Positions 30,073 through 41,852 of a stretch of DNA of 64,000 nt are shown here, in pieces (the stretch's first letter is position 1; every line of letters begins with the position of its first letter). The DNA lies in assembly GCA_034723315.1 (NCBI GenBank), contig JAYEOV010000055.1, positions 507 to 64,506 of the forward strand. The letters are read 5' to 3'. Below the pieces are notes generated by a model, which was not told the origin of the DNA, ran no database searches, and was given only the letters and a program-made list of their open reading frames with translations. The DNA comes from Candidatus Omnitrophota bacterium. Lineage in GTDB: Bacteria > Omnitrophota > Gorgyraeia > Tantalellales > Tantalellaceae. The position numbers and the translations under genes were made by a program.

Positions 30073-30258
30073 TTACCAGCTTGCCTTCCTTACCCCGGGA
30101 ATATCACCGCGCGATGCCAGTTCTCTGAAACATATGCGGCACAACTTAAACCTCTTCATGTAACCTTTCTTTCTGCCGCATATCTGGCACCTCGTAATGA
30201 CCCTTGTGCTGAATTTCGGCTCTTTTTTGGATTTCTCTATAAGCCCTTTTTTTGCCAT
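30073..30258 (-). CDS. rpsZ: 30S ribosomal protein S14 type Z (zinc-binding, 61 aa)
   Basis: '[23 protein letters not shown]'. Confidence 0.95.
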   Translation of the reverse strand: MAKKGLIEKSKKEPKFSTRVITRCQICGRKKGYMKRFKLCRICFRELASRGDIPGVRKASW

Positions 30259-30322
30259 TTTTTACCTGTCTTGCTGTTTGTTTCTGTCCCGCGTTCTGCA
30301 GACCGCAAATGTAACTTAAAAC

Positions 30323-30865
30323 CTATTTTCTTGCAAAAGGCATGCCAAAACCTTGCAGGAGGCTCAAAGCCTCCTCTTTTCCTTCGGCCGTAGTGACAAA
30401 ACATATGTCCATGCCGTGTGTCATGGGTATCTTGTCAAGTTCCAGCTCCGGAAATATCGTTTGCTCCTTTATTCCAAGCGTATAGTTCCCGTGCTGGTCA
30501 AAAGCCGTTCTTGGTACGCCGCGAAAGTCACGGATCCTGGGTATGACGAAATTTATCAACCTGTCCAGGAATTCGTACATCCTCTGCCTGCGCAGCGTCA
30601 CCTTGAAACCCACGGGAACCCCGCTTCTGATCTTGAAGTTGGAGATCGATTTTTTCGCCTTCGCAAGCGCCGGTCTCTGCCCGGTAATGGCCGCAAGCTC
30701 ATCTCTGACCGGCTCGATCAGGTCTTTCTGGTGGGCCATTTCGCCTATCCCCACGTTTATCACGATCTTCTCAAGACGCGGAACATCCATCCTGTTCTTG
30801 TGGCCGAACTTCTTCATTAGATCCGGCACTATGTCTTTTTCATATTCATCTTTAAGTCTTGCCAT
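30323..30865 (-). CDS. rplE: 50S ribosomal protein L5
   Basis: 180 aa. Confidence 0.95.
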   Translation of the reverse strand: MARLKDEYEKDIVPDLMKKFGHKNRMDVPRLEKIVINVGIGEMAHQKDLIEPVRDELAAITGQRPALAKAKKSISNFKIRSGVPVGFKVTLRRQRMYEFLDRLINFVIPRIRDFRGVPRTAFDQHGNYTLGIKEQTIFPELELDKIPMTHGMDICFVTTAEGKEEALSLLQGFGMPFARK

Positions 30866-30961
30866 ACCTGTCTCTTTCTATTATCTGTGGCCCGTTACCT
30901 GTCGCTCGTGACTCGTATACGAGACACCCTCGGCTTCGCTCGGGGCAGGCGAGTTACGATG

Positions 30962-31273
30962 CTATAATACCTCCCTGCACTTCTTGCAGTAGCGAACCTT
31001 GCTGCCGTCCGCGAGAATATCCACTCCTACCCTCGCAGAGCGGTTGCAGCCCTTACAGACCACGGATAGATTAGCAACAGCTATAGAGGATTCCCTTTGA
31101 ATAATACCTCCCTGCTCGTTCTGTTGCGTCTTTCTCGTGTGTTTTTTCGTAAAATTCACGCCCTGCACTATGGCCCTGTTCCGGCGGGGATTAACCTTAA
31201 GCACCTTTCCGGTCTTCCCCTTGTCTTTCCCCGCGAGAACCTTTACCGTATCGTTCTTTTTTATATGAAGCAT
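30962..31273 (-). CDS. rplX: 50S ribosomal protein L24 (KOW) with C-terminal CxxC...CxxC zinc-ribbon-like tail
   Basis: 103 aa. The tail is 'VVCKGCNRSARVGVDILADGSKVRYCKKCREVL'. Confidence 0.9.
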   Translation of the reverse strand: MLHIKKNDTVKVLAGKDKGKTGKVLKVNPRRNRAIVQGVNFTKKHTRKTQQNEQGGIIQRESSIAVANLSVVCKGCNRSARVGVDILADGSKVRYCKKCREVL

Positions 31274-31276
31274 ATG

Positions 31277-31645
31277 TTAGACAACCTCCGGGGCCAGAGA
31301 AATGATCTTCATGAATTTCTTTCTACGAAGTTCGCGTGCCACCGGCCCGAACACGCGCGTCCCGCGCGGATTGCCGTCCTTGTCAATAATGACCACGGCG
31401 TTATGGTCAAATTTGAGAACCGTCCCGTCCTCGCGAAGTATCGGATAGGCCGTCCTGACTATCACTCCCCGCACGACCTCACCTTTTTTTACTTCCGCGG
31501 TCGGGGTGGACTCCTTTATATTGCACGTTATGACATCTCCGATCTCCGCGGTGCGTTTCCCTGATCTCCCGATCACTCCTATCATCGAAGCCCTTTTGGC
31601 ACCGCTGTTATCGGCTACGTCCAAAATACTACCCATAATAAGCAT
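31277..31645 (-). CDS. rplN: 50S ribosomal protein L14
   Basis: 122 aa. Confidence 0.95.
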   Translation of the reverse strand: MLIMGSILDVADNSGAKRASMIGVIGRSGKRTAEIGDVITCNIKESTPTAEVKKGEVVRGVIVRTAYPILREDGTVLKFDHNAVVIIDKDGNPRGTRVFGPVARELRRKKFMKIISLAPEVV

Positions 31646-31650
31646 TATCG

Positions 31651-31917
31651 CTAACCTCTTTGCGCTTTTTCAAGTATCTCCACTATTTTCCAGGGTTTAC
31701 TCCTGGAAATCGGACGGCATTCCATAATCTTTACAAGGTCCCCGACCGATGCCTCGTTCTTTTCGTCGTGCGCCTTTATTTTTTTGCGCTTCTTGACGAA
31801 TTTCTTGTAAAGAGGATGTATCTTGCGTGTCTCCCATCTGACCGTGACGGTTTTGTTCATCTTATCGCTGACCACGGTCCCGATTATGCTTTTCCTGTTA
31901 GATCTTTTGCCCTTCAA
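31651..31917 (-). CDS. rpsQ: 30S ribosomal protein S17
   Basis: 88 aa. Confidence 0.95.
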   Translation of the reverse strand: MKGKRSNRKSIIGTVVSDKMNKTVTVRWETRKIHPLYKKFVKKRKKIKAHDEKNEASVGDLVKIMECRPISRSKPWKIVEILEKAQRG

Positions 31918-32101
31918 CTCTTTTCTCCTTCAGTATAGTGTAACACCTGGCTATATCGCGTCTTAGGAACCGGAACCTGTTCGGCCTTTCCACGCGACCA
32001 GTCGTGATCTCAGATCTCAATTTGAATAACTGTTCCTTTAAAGAAAGCATCAGGTGTTCTATTTCGGCTTCCGTCATGTTCCTTATTTCGCCTGCCTTCA
32101 C
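31898..32101 (-). CDS. rpmC: 50S ribosomal protein L29
   Basis: 67 aa. Confidence 0.9.
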   Translation of the reverse strand: MKAGEIRNMTEAEIEHLMLSLKEQLFKLRSEITTGRVERPNRFRFLRRDIARCYTILKEKRVEGQKI

Positions 32102-32514
32102 GTCCTGCCTCCTCTTGATACAAACTTCGTCTTCATGGAAAGTTTATGCGCGGCAAGGCGGAAAGCTTCCCTTGCCATATCGTAAGGAATCCCTTCCATC
32201 TCGAAAATGATCCTTCCCTTTTTCGTCACGGCGACCCATCCGGCCGGAGACCCCTTCCCTTTTCCCATACGCGTTTCAGCGGCTGTCTTTGTCACCGGTT
32301 TGTCGGGAAACACACGGATCCAGAGTTTCCCGGCCCTGCCGGTATGCCTCATAAGGGCAATCCTGGCGGCTTCTATCTGCCTGTCGGACATCCAGGCGGT
32401 TTCCAGCGCCTTCAAACCGAATTCCCCGAAATTCAGGCTGGATGAATAACTCTTCCCCGCGCGCTTTCCTCTCTGCTGTTTTCTGAATTTGACCCTCTTG
32501 GGCATCAAAGCCAT
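32098..32514 (-). CDS. rplP: 50S ribosomal protein L16
   Basis: 138 aa. Confidence 0.95.
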   Translation of the reverse strand: MALMPKRVKFRKQQRGKRAGKSYSSSLNFGEFGLKALETAWMSDRQIEAARIALMRHTGRAGKLWIRVFPDKPVTKTAAETRMGKGKGSPAGWVAVTKKGRIIFEMEGIPYDMAREAFRLAAHKLSMKTKFVSRGGRT

Positions 32515-32521
32515 ATTCGCG

Positions 32522-33232
32522 CTACTCCTCGGTTTTAGTTTCCGCTTTTTCAGATCCGGATTCCCGGTCCTCTTCAGCCTTTTTCGTTTTCGGTCGGGTA
32601 TCGAATTTTTCGCCCTTGTATATCCACACTTTCACCCCGATAATCCCGTAAGCGGTCCTGGCCTCGGTAAAACCATAATCTATATCAGCCCTTATCGTCT
32701 GGAGCGGGATCTTGCCCCACTTGTAACCTTCTGACCTGGCTATCTCTGCCCCCCCAAGCCGTCCCGAACATTTGATCTTGATTCCCTCGCCTCCCGCGTC
32801 CTTGAGCGACTGGATGGCTTTCTTCATCGCACGGCGGAAAGCTATCCTTTTCACAAGCTGGAAAGCTATGCTGTCAGCGACTATTTTCGCATCAAATGCC
32901 GGATTCGGCACCTCCTTAATATCAACAAAAAGCTTGCTCTGGTCGCCTACGATATTCTGAATTTGCTCCTTCAGCATCTCTATCTGTCCGCCCCTGCGTC
33001 CTATTACTATCCCCGGCCGTCCCGAGTAGATCATGACGCGAACACGGTTGCTCGCCCTCTCGATATCAATGTGGGACACCATCGCCCGGGACAGCTCTTT
33101 TTCGACCAGCTTCCTTACTTTCGCGTCCTGTAAAAGCTTTTCCGGGTACTCCTCTTTGTTGGCGTACCAGCGGCTGTTCCAGTCGCGAATAACTCCTATA
33201 CGAAAACTGATCGGATGAACTTTTTGTCCCAT
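32522..33232 (-). CDS. rpsC: 30S ribosomal protein S3 (start at MGQKVHP) with K/E-rich C-terminal tail
   Basis: KH domain. The ORF in the track is extended into rplV. Confidence 0.9.
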   Translation of the reverse strand: MGQKVHPISFRIGVIRDWNSRWYANKEEYPEKLLQDAKVRKLVEKELSRAMVSHIDIERASNRVRVMIYSGRPGIVIGRRGGQIEMLKEQIQNIVGDQSKLFVDIKEVPNPAFDAKIVADSIAFQLVKRIAFRRAMKKAIQSLKDAGGEGIKIKCSGRLGGAEIARSEGYKWGKIPLQTIRADIDYGFTEARTAYGIIGVKVWIYKGEKFDTRPKTKKAEEDRESGSEKAETKTEE

Positions 33233-33233
33233 A

Positions 33234-33617
33234 TCATTTGCTCCCTGAGTCTTTCTTCGTGCCCTTTTCGGATGTGATCCTGTCAAGCTCGACATAAATA
33301 TGCGCCGTCCTGTGCCTCACAGGCGTCGCCCGGCCCATCGTCGCCGCTCTGAAACGCGCGAGCATGGGGCCGCCGTCGGCTCTTATTACCGAAATGAACA
33401 CGTCCTTTGAAAGAAGTTTTTCCTGCTTCCCCTGGTTGACGTTCGCAAAGGCTGAACTTAATACCTTCTTTATCGGCACGGATGCCCTTTTATTCACGCT
33501 GTCCAGGATGGAATTCGCCTCTTCCAGTGTCTTTCCTTTTACAAGATCGAGGACCAGCCGGGCTTTCCGTGCCGATATCCTCAAATATTTCGCTTTCGCT
33601 TTCGCAAGCATTCTCAA
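33234..33617 (-). CDS. rplV: 50S ribosomal protein L22
   Basis: 127 aa. Confidence 0.9.
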   Translation of the reverse strand: MRMLAKAKAKYLRISARKARLVLDLVKGKTLEEANSILDSVNKRASVPIKKVLSSAFANVNQGKQEKLLSKDVFISVIRADGGPMLARFRAATMGRATPVRHRTAHIYVELDRITSEKGTKKDSGSK

Positions 33618-33673
33618 TTTTCCTTTTCTTTAGAAGCCCTGCGCCTGTTTTCACAGGGATGATAAAAGTCGTA

Positions 33674-33958
33674 CTACGTCTTCTCCATCGACTGCTTTTG
33701 CGCGGCGCCGTGGGACCGAAAAACACGCGTCGGCGCAAACTCACCAAGTTTATGCCCTACCATGTTCTCTGTAATGAACACCGAATGAAAAGTCTTACCG
33801 TTATGCACCGAAATTGTCATCCCCACGAATTCCGGCAACACAACGGACCTCCTCGACCACGTCTTGATCGGTTTCTTGCTGCCGCTGTCCAGTATCTTGT
33901 TCACCTTTTTCATCAGGCTTTTGTCAACAAAAGGGCCTTTTTTGATCGAACGTGACAT
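33674..33958 (-). CDS. rpsS: 30S ribosomal protein S19
   Basis: 94 aa. Confidence 0.95.
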   Translation of the reverse strand: MSRSIKKGPFVDKSLMKKVNKILDSGSKKPIKTWSRRSVVLPEFVGMTISVHNGKTFHSVFITENMVGHKLGEFAPTRVFRSHGAAQKQSMEKT

Positions 33959-34008
33959 AATCCTCTCCTCGCGATATTCGAAATAGCTAATGGCTCACTG
34001 ATGAACCA

Positions 34009-34842
34009 CTAATTTTTCTTTTTTCTCCGCTTTATTATTTTCTTGTCCGATGCCTTGTTCTTTTTCCTTGTTTTCAGACCTTTGGTGATCTTACCCCACG
34101 GGGTAACGGGATGACGACCCCCGGACGATTTGCCTTCCCCTCCGCCCATCGGATGATCTACAGGGTTTTTCGCCACTGCCCTTGTCTTAGGCCTTCTCCC
34201 GATATACCTTGTCCGGCCGGCTTTTCCCAGTGAAATATTTTCATGATCAGGGTTCCCTACCTGCCCCAGGGTAGCGTAACAATCTCCGCTTACCAGGCGG
34301 ACCTCCCCGCTGGGCATACGCAGGTGTATGTCCTTCCCGTCTTTTGCCTCAACTACTGCGCTATTGCCCGCTGAACGGGCGATCTTTGCTCCCCGGCCGG
34401 GTATCATCTCGATGCAATAAACCGAAGAACCAAGAGGAACGTCCCTGAGGGGCATCGAATTCCCCGTCTCTATCTTCACCCCGGAGCCGCAATACACGGT
34501 ACTTTCCAGCTTCAGCCCTATGGGCGCTATAGCGTACGCTTTTTCCCCGTCCTCGTACCGTATTAGAGCGATCCGGGCCGAACGGTTCGGATCGTATTCT
34601 ATTGCCTCAATAACGCCGGAAAGCCCCTTCTTGGAATATCGAAAATCGATAATGCGGTAACGCCTCTTATGCCCTCCCCCTCTGGCTGCTATCGTTCTTC
34701 TGCCGTAATTGTTTCTCCCGCCTTTTTTACGAAGCGCCCGGGTCAATGATTTTTCCGGCTTCGTCTTTGTTATCTCCTTGAAATCCGAACTACTCCCCCA
34801 GCGCCTTCCCGGAGTGACAGCGTTGTATTTTTTCGTTCCCAT
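34009..34842 (-). CDS. rplB: 50S ribosomal protein L2
   Basis: 277 aa. Confidence 0.95.
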   Translation of the reverse strand: MGTKKYNAVTPGRRWGSSSDFKEITKTKPEKSLTRALRKKGGRNNYGRRTIAARGGGHKRRYRIIDFRYSKKGLSGVIEAIEYDPNRSARIALIRYEDGEKAYAIAPIGLKLESTVYCGSGVKIETGNSMPLRDVPLGSSVYCIEMIPGRGAKIARSAGNSAVVEAKDGKDIHLRMPSGEVRLVSGDCYATLGQVGNPDHENISLGKAGRTRYIGRRPKTRAVAKNPVDHPMGGGEGKSSGGRHPVTPWGKITKGLKTRKKNKASDKKIIKRRKKKN

Positions 34843-34843
34843 G

Positions 34844-35122
34844 TTATGTAACCTCTATCCTGCTGTCAGGCTTAAGCGTCACAATGGCCTTTTTCCATGA
34901 TGATGTCATCCCCTCGCGGAACCTGACCCTTCTTTTCTTCCCTTTTATGTTCATGACGTGGACCGAATCGACTTTGACCTTGTAAATATCTTCCACGGCC
35001 TTCTTTATCTCTATCTTGTTAGTTTTCTTGTCGACCCTGAAAAGATACTTGTTCTTGGTCAGGAGATCCGCCCCCTTTTCAGTGCGGATCATGTTCTTGA
35101 TAATATCGTGATGCGTTCTCAT
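34844..35122 (-). CDS. rplW: 50S ribosomal protein L23
   Basis: 92 aa. Confidence 0.9.
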   Translation of the reverse strand: MRTHHDIIKNMIRTEKGADLLTKNKYLFRVDKKTNKIEIKKAVEDIYKVKVDSVHVMNIKGKKRRVRFREGMTSSWKKAIVTLKPDSRIEVT

Positions 35123-35787
35123 TTTAATCTCTCAACCACTTTTTCCAGCGCCTCTTTTTCTATCACAAGGCTCTCGTTAAGAAGGACATCCCTGGCGTTT
35201 ATGCTCTTCCCCTCCTTCAGGTTTACGTGCTTAAGGTTTCTGGACGACCTCTTTAAGCCTTCTGTTATACTGTCAACGACTACCAGTGTGCGGCCCTCTG
35301 TTTTCAGCTTCTTCAGAATACCCCTGAATTCTCTCGTCTTGGGATCTATCAGTTCGATCTTTACCACCGCTTTTATCATCTGTTCGAGCAGCCTGGCATT
35401 CAGACTTGAAAGCAGAGCTTTTCTCATGGCTTTTTTCGGCATCGAATACCCGAAATCCCGCGGTTTGGGCCCGAAAATCGTTCCTCCGTGACGCCAGAGC
35501 GGGTTCCTCGATGAACCGAAACGAGCGCGACCAGTCCCCTTCTGTCTCCACGGTTTTGAACCGCCGCCTGATATCTCCGCCCTTGTCTTCGTCGAAGCCG
35601 TGCCCCTGCGGATATTCGCCTCGTACATCTTCTTTACTTCATAAAGCAGAACCATATTCACGTGGCCGTCAAACAATTTCTCATCAAGCTGAATATTGTC
35701 AACGACCTTGCCTTCCAGATCATAAACCGGCAGTTTCGTGCTAAGCTGTTCTTTTTTACTCTTTGTTTCCTTCTTTTTTTCCGCCAT
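35119..35787 (-). CDS. rplD: 50S ribosomal protein L4
   Basis: 222 aa. Confidence 0.9.
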   Translation of the reverse strand: MAEKKKETKSKKEQLSTKLPVYDLEGKVVDNIQLDEKLFDGHVNMVLLYEVKKMYEANIRRGTASTKTRAEISGGGSKPWRQKGTGRARFGSSRNPLWRHGGTIFGPKPRDFGYSMPKKAMRKALLSSLNARLLEQMIKAVVKIELIDPKTREFRGILKKLKTEGRTLVVVDSITEGLKRSSRNLKHVNLKEGKSINARDVLLNESLVIEKEALEKVVERLK

Positions 35788-36595
35788 TGCCTTTGCTCTT
35801 TACCTCTTCTTCTTTTTTTAAAACTGCCTTCTCCTCTTCTTCCTTTTTCTCATTCTCGTTTTCAGCAGCTCTTTCTTCTTTTACCGGCGCTTTCTGTTCA
35901 ACGCGTTCCTGCCCTTCTTCGGGTGCTTCTTTTGTTTCTTCTGGAACTTCCTCACGCGGCGCTACCGGTTTTTTCTTCGCATACCTCATCACCAGGTACG
36001 AGCCAGTGGCTCCTGGAACAGCTCCTCTTACGATAACGGTGTTACTCTCGCTATAAACATCGATAACCTCAAGATTCTGCACCGTTATCTGCCTGTTGCC
36101 CATGTGCCCCGCACCGCCGTGACCTTTCATAATGCGCGAGGGATACGAACTTGCACCCATCGATCCCGGGGCGCGGTGTGCCATGGAACCGTGGGTCGCT
36201 TTTCCGCCGGACCATCCGCATCTTTTCATGCCGCCCTGGAACCCTTTACCTTTCGATACGCCCATGACGTCAAGTAAATCCCCCTTCTGAAATATCCTGC
36301 AGGTGATCTGGTCACCGATCTTCACCTCTGGCGCCCCCTCGCATCTTATTTCACCGACAAACTTTTTAGGTTTCAGGCCGTTGGCCCTAAGATACTCTCT
36401 CTGAGGTTTTTTCAGGCGTTTCTCCTTCGTGTCCTCGTAACCCATCTGCACAGCGTTGTACCCGTCTTTTTCATCCACCTTAAAGGCCTGCACAAAACAC
36501 GGTCCGGCCTCAATGACCGTGACCGGGATCTTGTTCCCCTCTTCTCCAAAAATCTGGGTCATACCTATTTTTTTTCCCAATAATCCCGAAATCAT
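35756..36595 (-). CDS. rplC: 50S ribosomal protein L3 with ~65-aa K/E-rich C-terminal tail
   Basis: 279 aa. Tail 'EEVPEETKEAPEEGQERVEQKAPVKEERAAENENEKKEEEEKAVLKKEEEVKSKGNGGKKEGNKE'. Confidence 0.9.
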   Translation of the reverse strand: MISGLLGKKIGMTQIFGEEGNKIPVTVIEAGPCFVQAFKVDEKDGYNAVQMGYEDTKEKRLKKPQREYLRANGLKPKKFVGEIRCEGAPEVKIGDQITCRIFQKGDLLDVMGVSKGKGFQGGMKRCGWSGGKATHGSMAHRAPGSMGASSYPSRIMKGHGGAGHMGNRQITVQNLEVIDVYSESNTVIVRGAVPGATGSYLVMRYAKKKPVAPREEVPEETKEAPEEGQERVEQKAPVKEERAAENENEKKEEEEKAVLKKEEEVKSKGNGGKKEGNKE

Positions 36596-36599
36596 CGCT

Positions 36600-36705
36600 T
36601 TTGCCTCGTTTATTAGTCGTTAGTTCTTTAGTCTTTAGTGAACAGTTATAGTAGGTCACCTTTAAAGGTGACCTACTATCTATTCACTAACGACTAACGA
36701 CTATT
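36600..36705. repeat. ~105-nt near-perfect palindrome built from 'tagtcgttag / ctaacgacta' words around the core 'gtaggtcacctttaaaggtgacctac', inserted between rpsJ and rplC
   Basis: Read directly. These genes normally abut. Confidence 0.7.
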
Positions 36706-36707
36706 CA

Positions 36708-37025
36708 CTATTTTATCTCTACATCCACGCCCGCAGGAAGGTCCAGTTTCCGCAAAGCGTCTATCGTCTTCGTTGTGGGATCCACAATATCCAGAAGCCG
36801 CTTGTGCGTTTTAATTTCAAACTGCTCCCGGGATTTTTTATCAACGTGAGGTGACCTCAGGACCGTAAAAAGCTCGCGTTTTGTCGGCAAAGGAACGGGT
36901 CCGTTCACCGACGCGCCGGTTTTCTTCACCGTCTCTACGATCTCCTCCATCGACACGTCGAGCAGCTTGTGATCGAACGATTTCAAACGTAATCGTATTT
37001 TTGATGGTTTCGACTTTTTTGCCAT
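36708..37025 (-). CDS. rpsJ: 30S ribosomal protein S10
   Basis: 105 aa. Confidence 0.95.
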   Translation of the reverse strand: MAKKSKPSKIRLRLKSFDHKLLDVSMEEIVETVKKTGASVNGPVPLPTKRELFTVLRSPHVDKKSREQFEIKTHKRLLDIVDPTTKTIDALRKLDLPAGVDVEIK

Positions 37026-37051
37026 GTCTATCCTTACGTATTATCGCCAGG

Positions 37052-37133
37052 TCCGTGTATCGTGGTTCGTGATTTGTGATTCGTGCGGATATAATGCGAA
37101 ACGATTCACGATTCACGATCCACGATCCACGAC
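37052..37133. repeat. 'cgtga' word-repeat palindrome between tuf and rpsJ
   Basis: 'cgtgtatcgtggttcgtgatttgtgattcgtg...cgattcacgattcacgatccacgatccacg'. Confidence 0.65.
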
Positions 37134-38330
<1,197 letters not shown>

Positions 38331-38398
38331 TTTTACCTCCTTAAAATTCGGTATTAACTATGAAATATTAATATTACTGCTAAATTTGGTATAAATAT

Positions 38399-40480
38399 TC
38401 AATCTACCGATAAACCACTAACTATCTTCTCCGTTATATCTTTAGGCGCTTCTTTATAAAAAGAAGGCTCCATTGTATACGTAGCTCTTCCCTGTGTCAA
38501 GCTCCTTAACGCTGTCGCGTAACCGAACATCTGAGCAAGAGGCGCGGCGCCGGAAATTATCTTGGTAGATCCTTTCTGCTGGATGCTCTCGACCTTTATC
38601 CTTCGCATGTTCATGTCGCCTATCACATCGCCAAGGTATTCGTCCGGTGTCGTCACTTCAAGCTCCATGATCGGTTCCAGAAGTACCGGATGCGCTTTCT
38701 TCAGACCTTCTCTCAAAGCTATCGCGCCGGCATTACTGAAAGCCAGCTCCGAGGAATCGACTTCATGATAGGATCCGTCGTAAAGCGTGACCTTCATATC
38801 CGTTACGGGATATCCGGCAATAACGCCCGTCTTGGCGGCGTCCCTCACGCCTTTCTCAATAGCCGAAAAATATTCCCTGGGTATGGTCCCGCCTTTTATC
38901 TCCTCTTCGAAAACGATCTCCGCGCCCTTTTCCCCGGGCTCTATCCTTACTTCCACGTGCCCGTACTGTCCGTGTCCTCCCGTCTGCTGAATGAATTTTC
39001 CCGTCGCTTTGACCGCCTGGGTGATAGTCTCCCTGTACGCCACCTGTGGACTTCCCACTCTTGTATCGACCTTGAACTCCCTTTTGAGCCTGTCAACTAT
39101 GATCTCAAGGTGCAGTTCACCCATACCGTTTATGAGAGTCTGTCCTGTTTCCTCGTTATAGCTGACCCTGAAAGACGGGTCCTCGGTCACTACTTTCTTA
39201 AGGGCCTCTCCCATCTTATCCTGGCCTATCCTTGTTTCTGGCTCTATCGCCATCGAGATCACCGGATCCGGGTATTTTATCCTTTCCAGCGTCACGGGAT
39301 GCCTTTCATCACAAAGCGTGTGAGCCGTGAACGTATTCTTAAGTCCCACAAGGCCTACTATCTGTCCCGCGCCCGCGGTTTTTATCATCTCCCGCTGGTC
39401 CGCGTGGATCGACAGGATCTGACCTATTCTCTCCTTCTTCTCCGTTGTAGAGTTGAAAACATACGTTCCCGACTCCAACTTTCCTGAATATACCCTCACA
39501 AACGTAACGGTTCCGACAAAAGGGTCTGTCATGACCTTGTACGCGTACGCGCACAAGGGCTGTTCCTCGTCGGGCGCAACGGCAACTTCCTGTTCCGTCT
39601 TCGGGTTAATGGCCTTGGGCGAAATGACATCAACGGGCGACGGCAGGTAATCACATACAGCGTCCAGTACTAATTTCATGCCTTTGTTCTTCAGCGCCGA
39701 CCCGCACATTACCGGAACGAATAGGTTCTTGTTCGTAACCCTCCGGATATAAGTTTTCAGCTGATGCGGATATATGCCCTTGTCCTCCAGGTAAAGTCTC
39801 TCGACCTCTTCATCAACGTCAGCGATATTTTCTATCAGGTTATGCCTCCAGTGGCTCGAAATATCTTTCATTTCCTCCGGGATATCCTGTTCGACTATCT
39901 CGCCAAGGTCCCCTTCTTCACCGAACATGTACGCTTTGCAGGTAACAAGATCTATTATTCCACTGAAGGAGTCCTCTTTCCCGATCGGGATCTGTATCGG
40001 CGTGGCGTTAGTGCCGAGTTTCTTGTGCATGTCGATTATGACCTTATAGAAATCGGCACCCGTACGGTCAATCTTGTTTATCAGGGCTATTTTGGGAACC
40101 TCATAATGATCCGCCTGGCGCCACACTGTCTCTGTCTGCGGCTGGACCCCTCCCACCGCACAGAATACGACCAGTGTCCCGTCAAGCACTTTCAGGGACC
40201 GTTCGACCTCTATGGTAAAATCCACATGTCCCGGGGTATCTATTATGTTGATCTTCTTGTCATTCCATAAACAGGTAGTGACCGCGCTTGTTATGGTTAT
40301 ACCGCGCTCCTGTTCCTGCTCCATCCAGTCCATGACGGCGGTGCCGTCGTGGACCTCCCCCATCTTGTGGATCTTGCCGCTATGGTACAGTATCCTCTCG
40401 GTGGTTGTCGTCTTCCCGGCATCTATATGGGCTATTATCCCTATATTTCTTATGTTTTTTATGTCTTCTTTTTGTCCCAT
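38399..40480 (-). CDS. fusA: Elongation factor G
   Basis: 693 aa. G-domain motifs 'AHIDAGKTT', 'DTPGHVDF', 'NKID'. Confidence 0.97.
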   Translation of the reverse strand: MGQKEDIKNIRNIGIIAHIDAGKTTTTERILYHSGKIHKMGEVHDGTAVMDWMEQEQERGITITSAVTTCLWNDKKINIIDTPGHVDFTIEVERSLKVLDGTLVVFCAVGGVQPQTETVWRQADHYEVPKIALINKIDRTGADFYKVIIDMHKKLGTNATPIQIPIGKEDSFSGIIDLVTCKAYMFGEEGDLGEIVEQDIPEEMKDISSHWRHNLIENIADVDEEVERLYLEDKGIYPHQLKTYIRRVTNKNLFVPVMCGSALKNKGMKLVLDAVCDYLPSPVDVISPKAINPKTEQEVAVAPDEEQPLCAYAYKVMTDPFVGTVTFVRVYSGKLESGTYVFNSTTEKKERIGQILSIHADQREMIKTAGAGQIVGLVGLKNTFTAHTLCDERHPVTLERIKYPDPVISMAIEPETRIGQDKMGEALKKVVTEDPSFRVSYNEETGQTLINGMGELHLEIIVDRLKREFKVDTRVGSPQVAYRETITQAVKATGKFIQQTGGHGQYGHVEVRIEPGEKGAEIVFEEEIKGGTIPREYFSAIEKGVRDAAKTGVIAGYPVTDMKVTLYDGSYHEVDSSELAFSNAGAIALREGLKKAHPVLLEPIMELEVTTPDEYLGDVIGDMNMRRIKVESIQQKGSTKIISGAAPLAQMFGYATALRSLTQGRATYTMEPSFYKEAPKDITEKIVSGLSVD

Positions 40481-40507
40481 GTATATTGTTTTCTTTGTAG
40501 CTGTTTA

Positions 40508-40572
40508 TATCTCGTGACTCGTCGCTCGTGAATCGTGAATCGTATGCGAACGACGAGTTACGAGCGACGAAA
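40508..40572. repeat. 'cgtga' word-repeat palindrome between rpsG and fusA
   Basis: 'ctcgtgactcgtcgctcgtgaatcgtgaatcgtatgcgaacgacgagttacgagcgacg'. Confidence 0.65.
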
Positions 40573-40686
40573 TCAACTTTTTCAGAGATCCCTCGACTTA
40601 CAACTTAGCTTCTATGTCATTCCCGCGAATGCGGGAATCTGTTAACCTCATTAGATCCCGTGTCTCGCTTCCGCTCGCTCGGGATG

Positions 40687-40727
40687 GTGTAAAACCTGCA
40701 ACTTAACTTCGTTAAGTTGCAGGTTTT
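40687..40727. promoter_or_regulatory. Perfect 19-bp hairpin 'gtaaaacctgcaacttaac-ttcg-ttaagttgcaggttttac' immediately 3' of the rpsG stop
   Basis: Read directly. Loop is UUCG on the plus strand and CGAA on the minus strand. No adjacent T-run. An upstream second hairpin 'attcccgcgaatgcgggaat' is at 40618-40637. Confidence 0.55.
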
Positions 40728-40728
40728 A

Positions 40729-41199
<471 letters not shown>

Positions 41200-41232
41200 A
41201 TTTTTTCCTCTGTTCTTTGTTACGATTCACCA

Positions 41233-41410
41233 GAACCCATTTCATAACCTTGTTCGTTACGCGGCTGAGCGAAAAGACCATTGACAAGGCCTGAGGGGCA
41301 AAATGCCCGGAAACGTAGCCGGTGCGCTACGTTGAGGAGATTTTGCCCTGAAAACGCAGTCAAGGGGCTTTGCAGCCAGCCGCAGTAGAACAGGGTTATG
41401 AAATGGGTTC
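41233..41410 (-). mobile_element. 178-bp MITE-like palindromic element, copy 4, between rpsL and rpsG
   Basis: Near-identical to copy 2. The ORF 41220..41417 in the track is spurious. Confidence 0.8.
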
Positions 41411-41413
41411 TAA

Positions 41414-41788
41414 TCACTGTTTAGGCCTTTTCGCTCCGTATTTTGACCTGCCCCTCCTACGCGCATCCACGCCCGAAGCATCCAGAGACCCACGTATGAT
41501 ATGGTATCTCACACCCGGAAGGTCTTTTACTCTGCCACCGCGGATCGTCACGATAGAGTGCTCCTGCAGGTTATGCCCCTCGCCGGGTATGTACGCTGTC
41601 ACTTCCATCTTGTTCGTCAAGCGCACTCTGGTGATCTTTCTGAGCGCGGAATTCGGTTTTTTCGGGGTTCTTGTCTTCACCTGCAGACACACACCTCTGC
41701 GCTGCGGACAAGACTGCAGTGCAGGCGCCTTTTTCTTCTCTTTTATGACTTTCCTGCCTTTGCGGATCAACTGATTTATCGTAGGCAT
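41414..41788 (-). CDS. rpsL: 30S ribosomal protein S12 (start at [12 protein letters not shown])
   Basis: The ORF in the track is extended upstream by 10 codons. Confidence 0.95.
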   Translation of the reverse strand: MPTINQLIRKGRKVIKEKKKAPALQSCPQRRGVCLQVKTRTPKKPNSALRKITRVRLTNKMEVTAYIPGEGHNLQEHSIVTIRGGRVKDLPGVRYHIIRGSLDASGVDARRRGRSKYGAKRPKQ

Positions 41789-41852
41789 ATATGCTCCTTC
41801 TCCTAATAAATATCTCATGCCAGACCGCGGCCTACCGCCCGTGGTCTATTGA

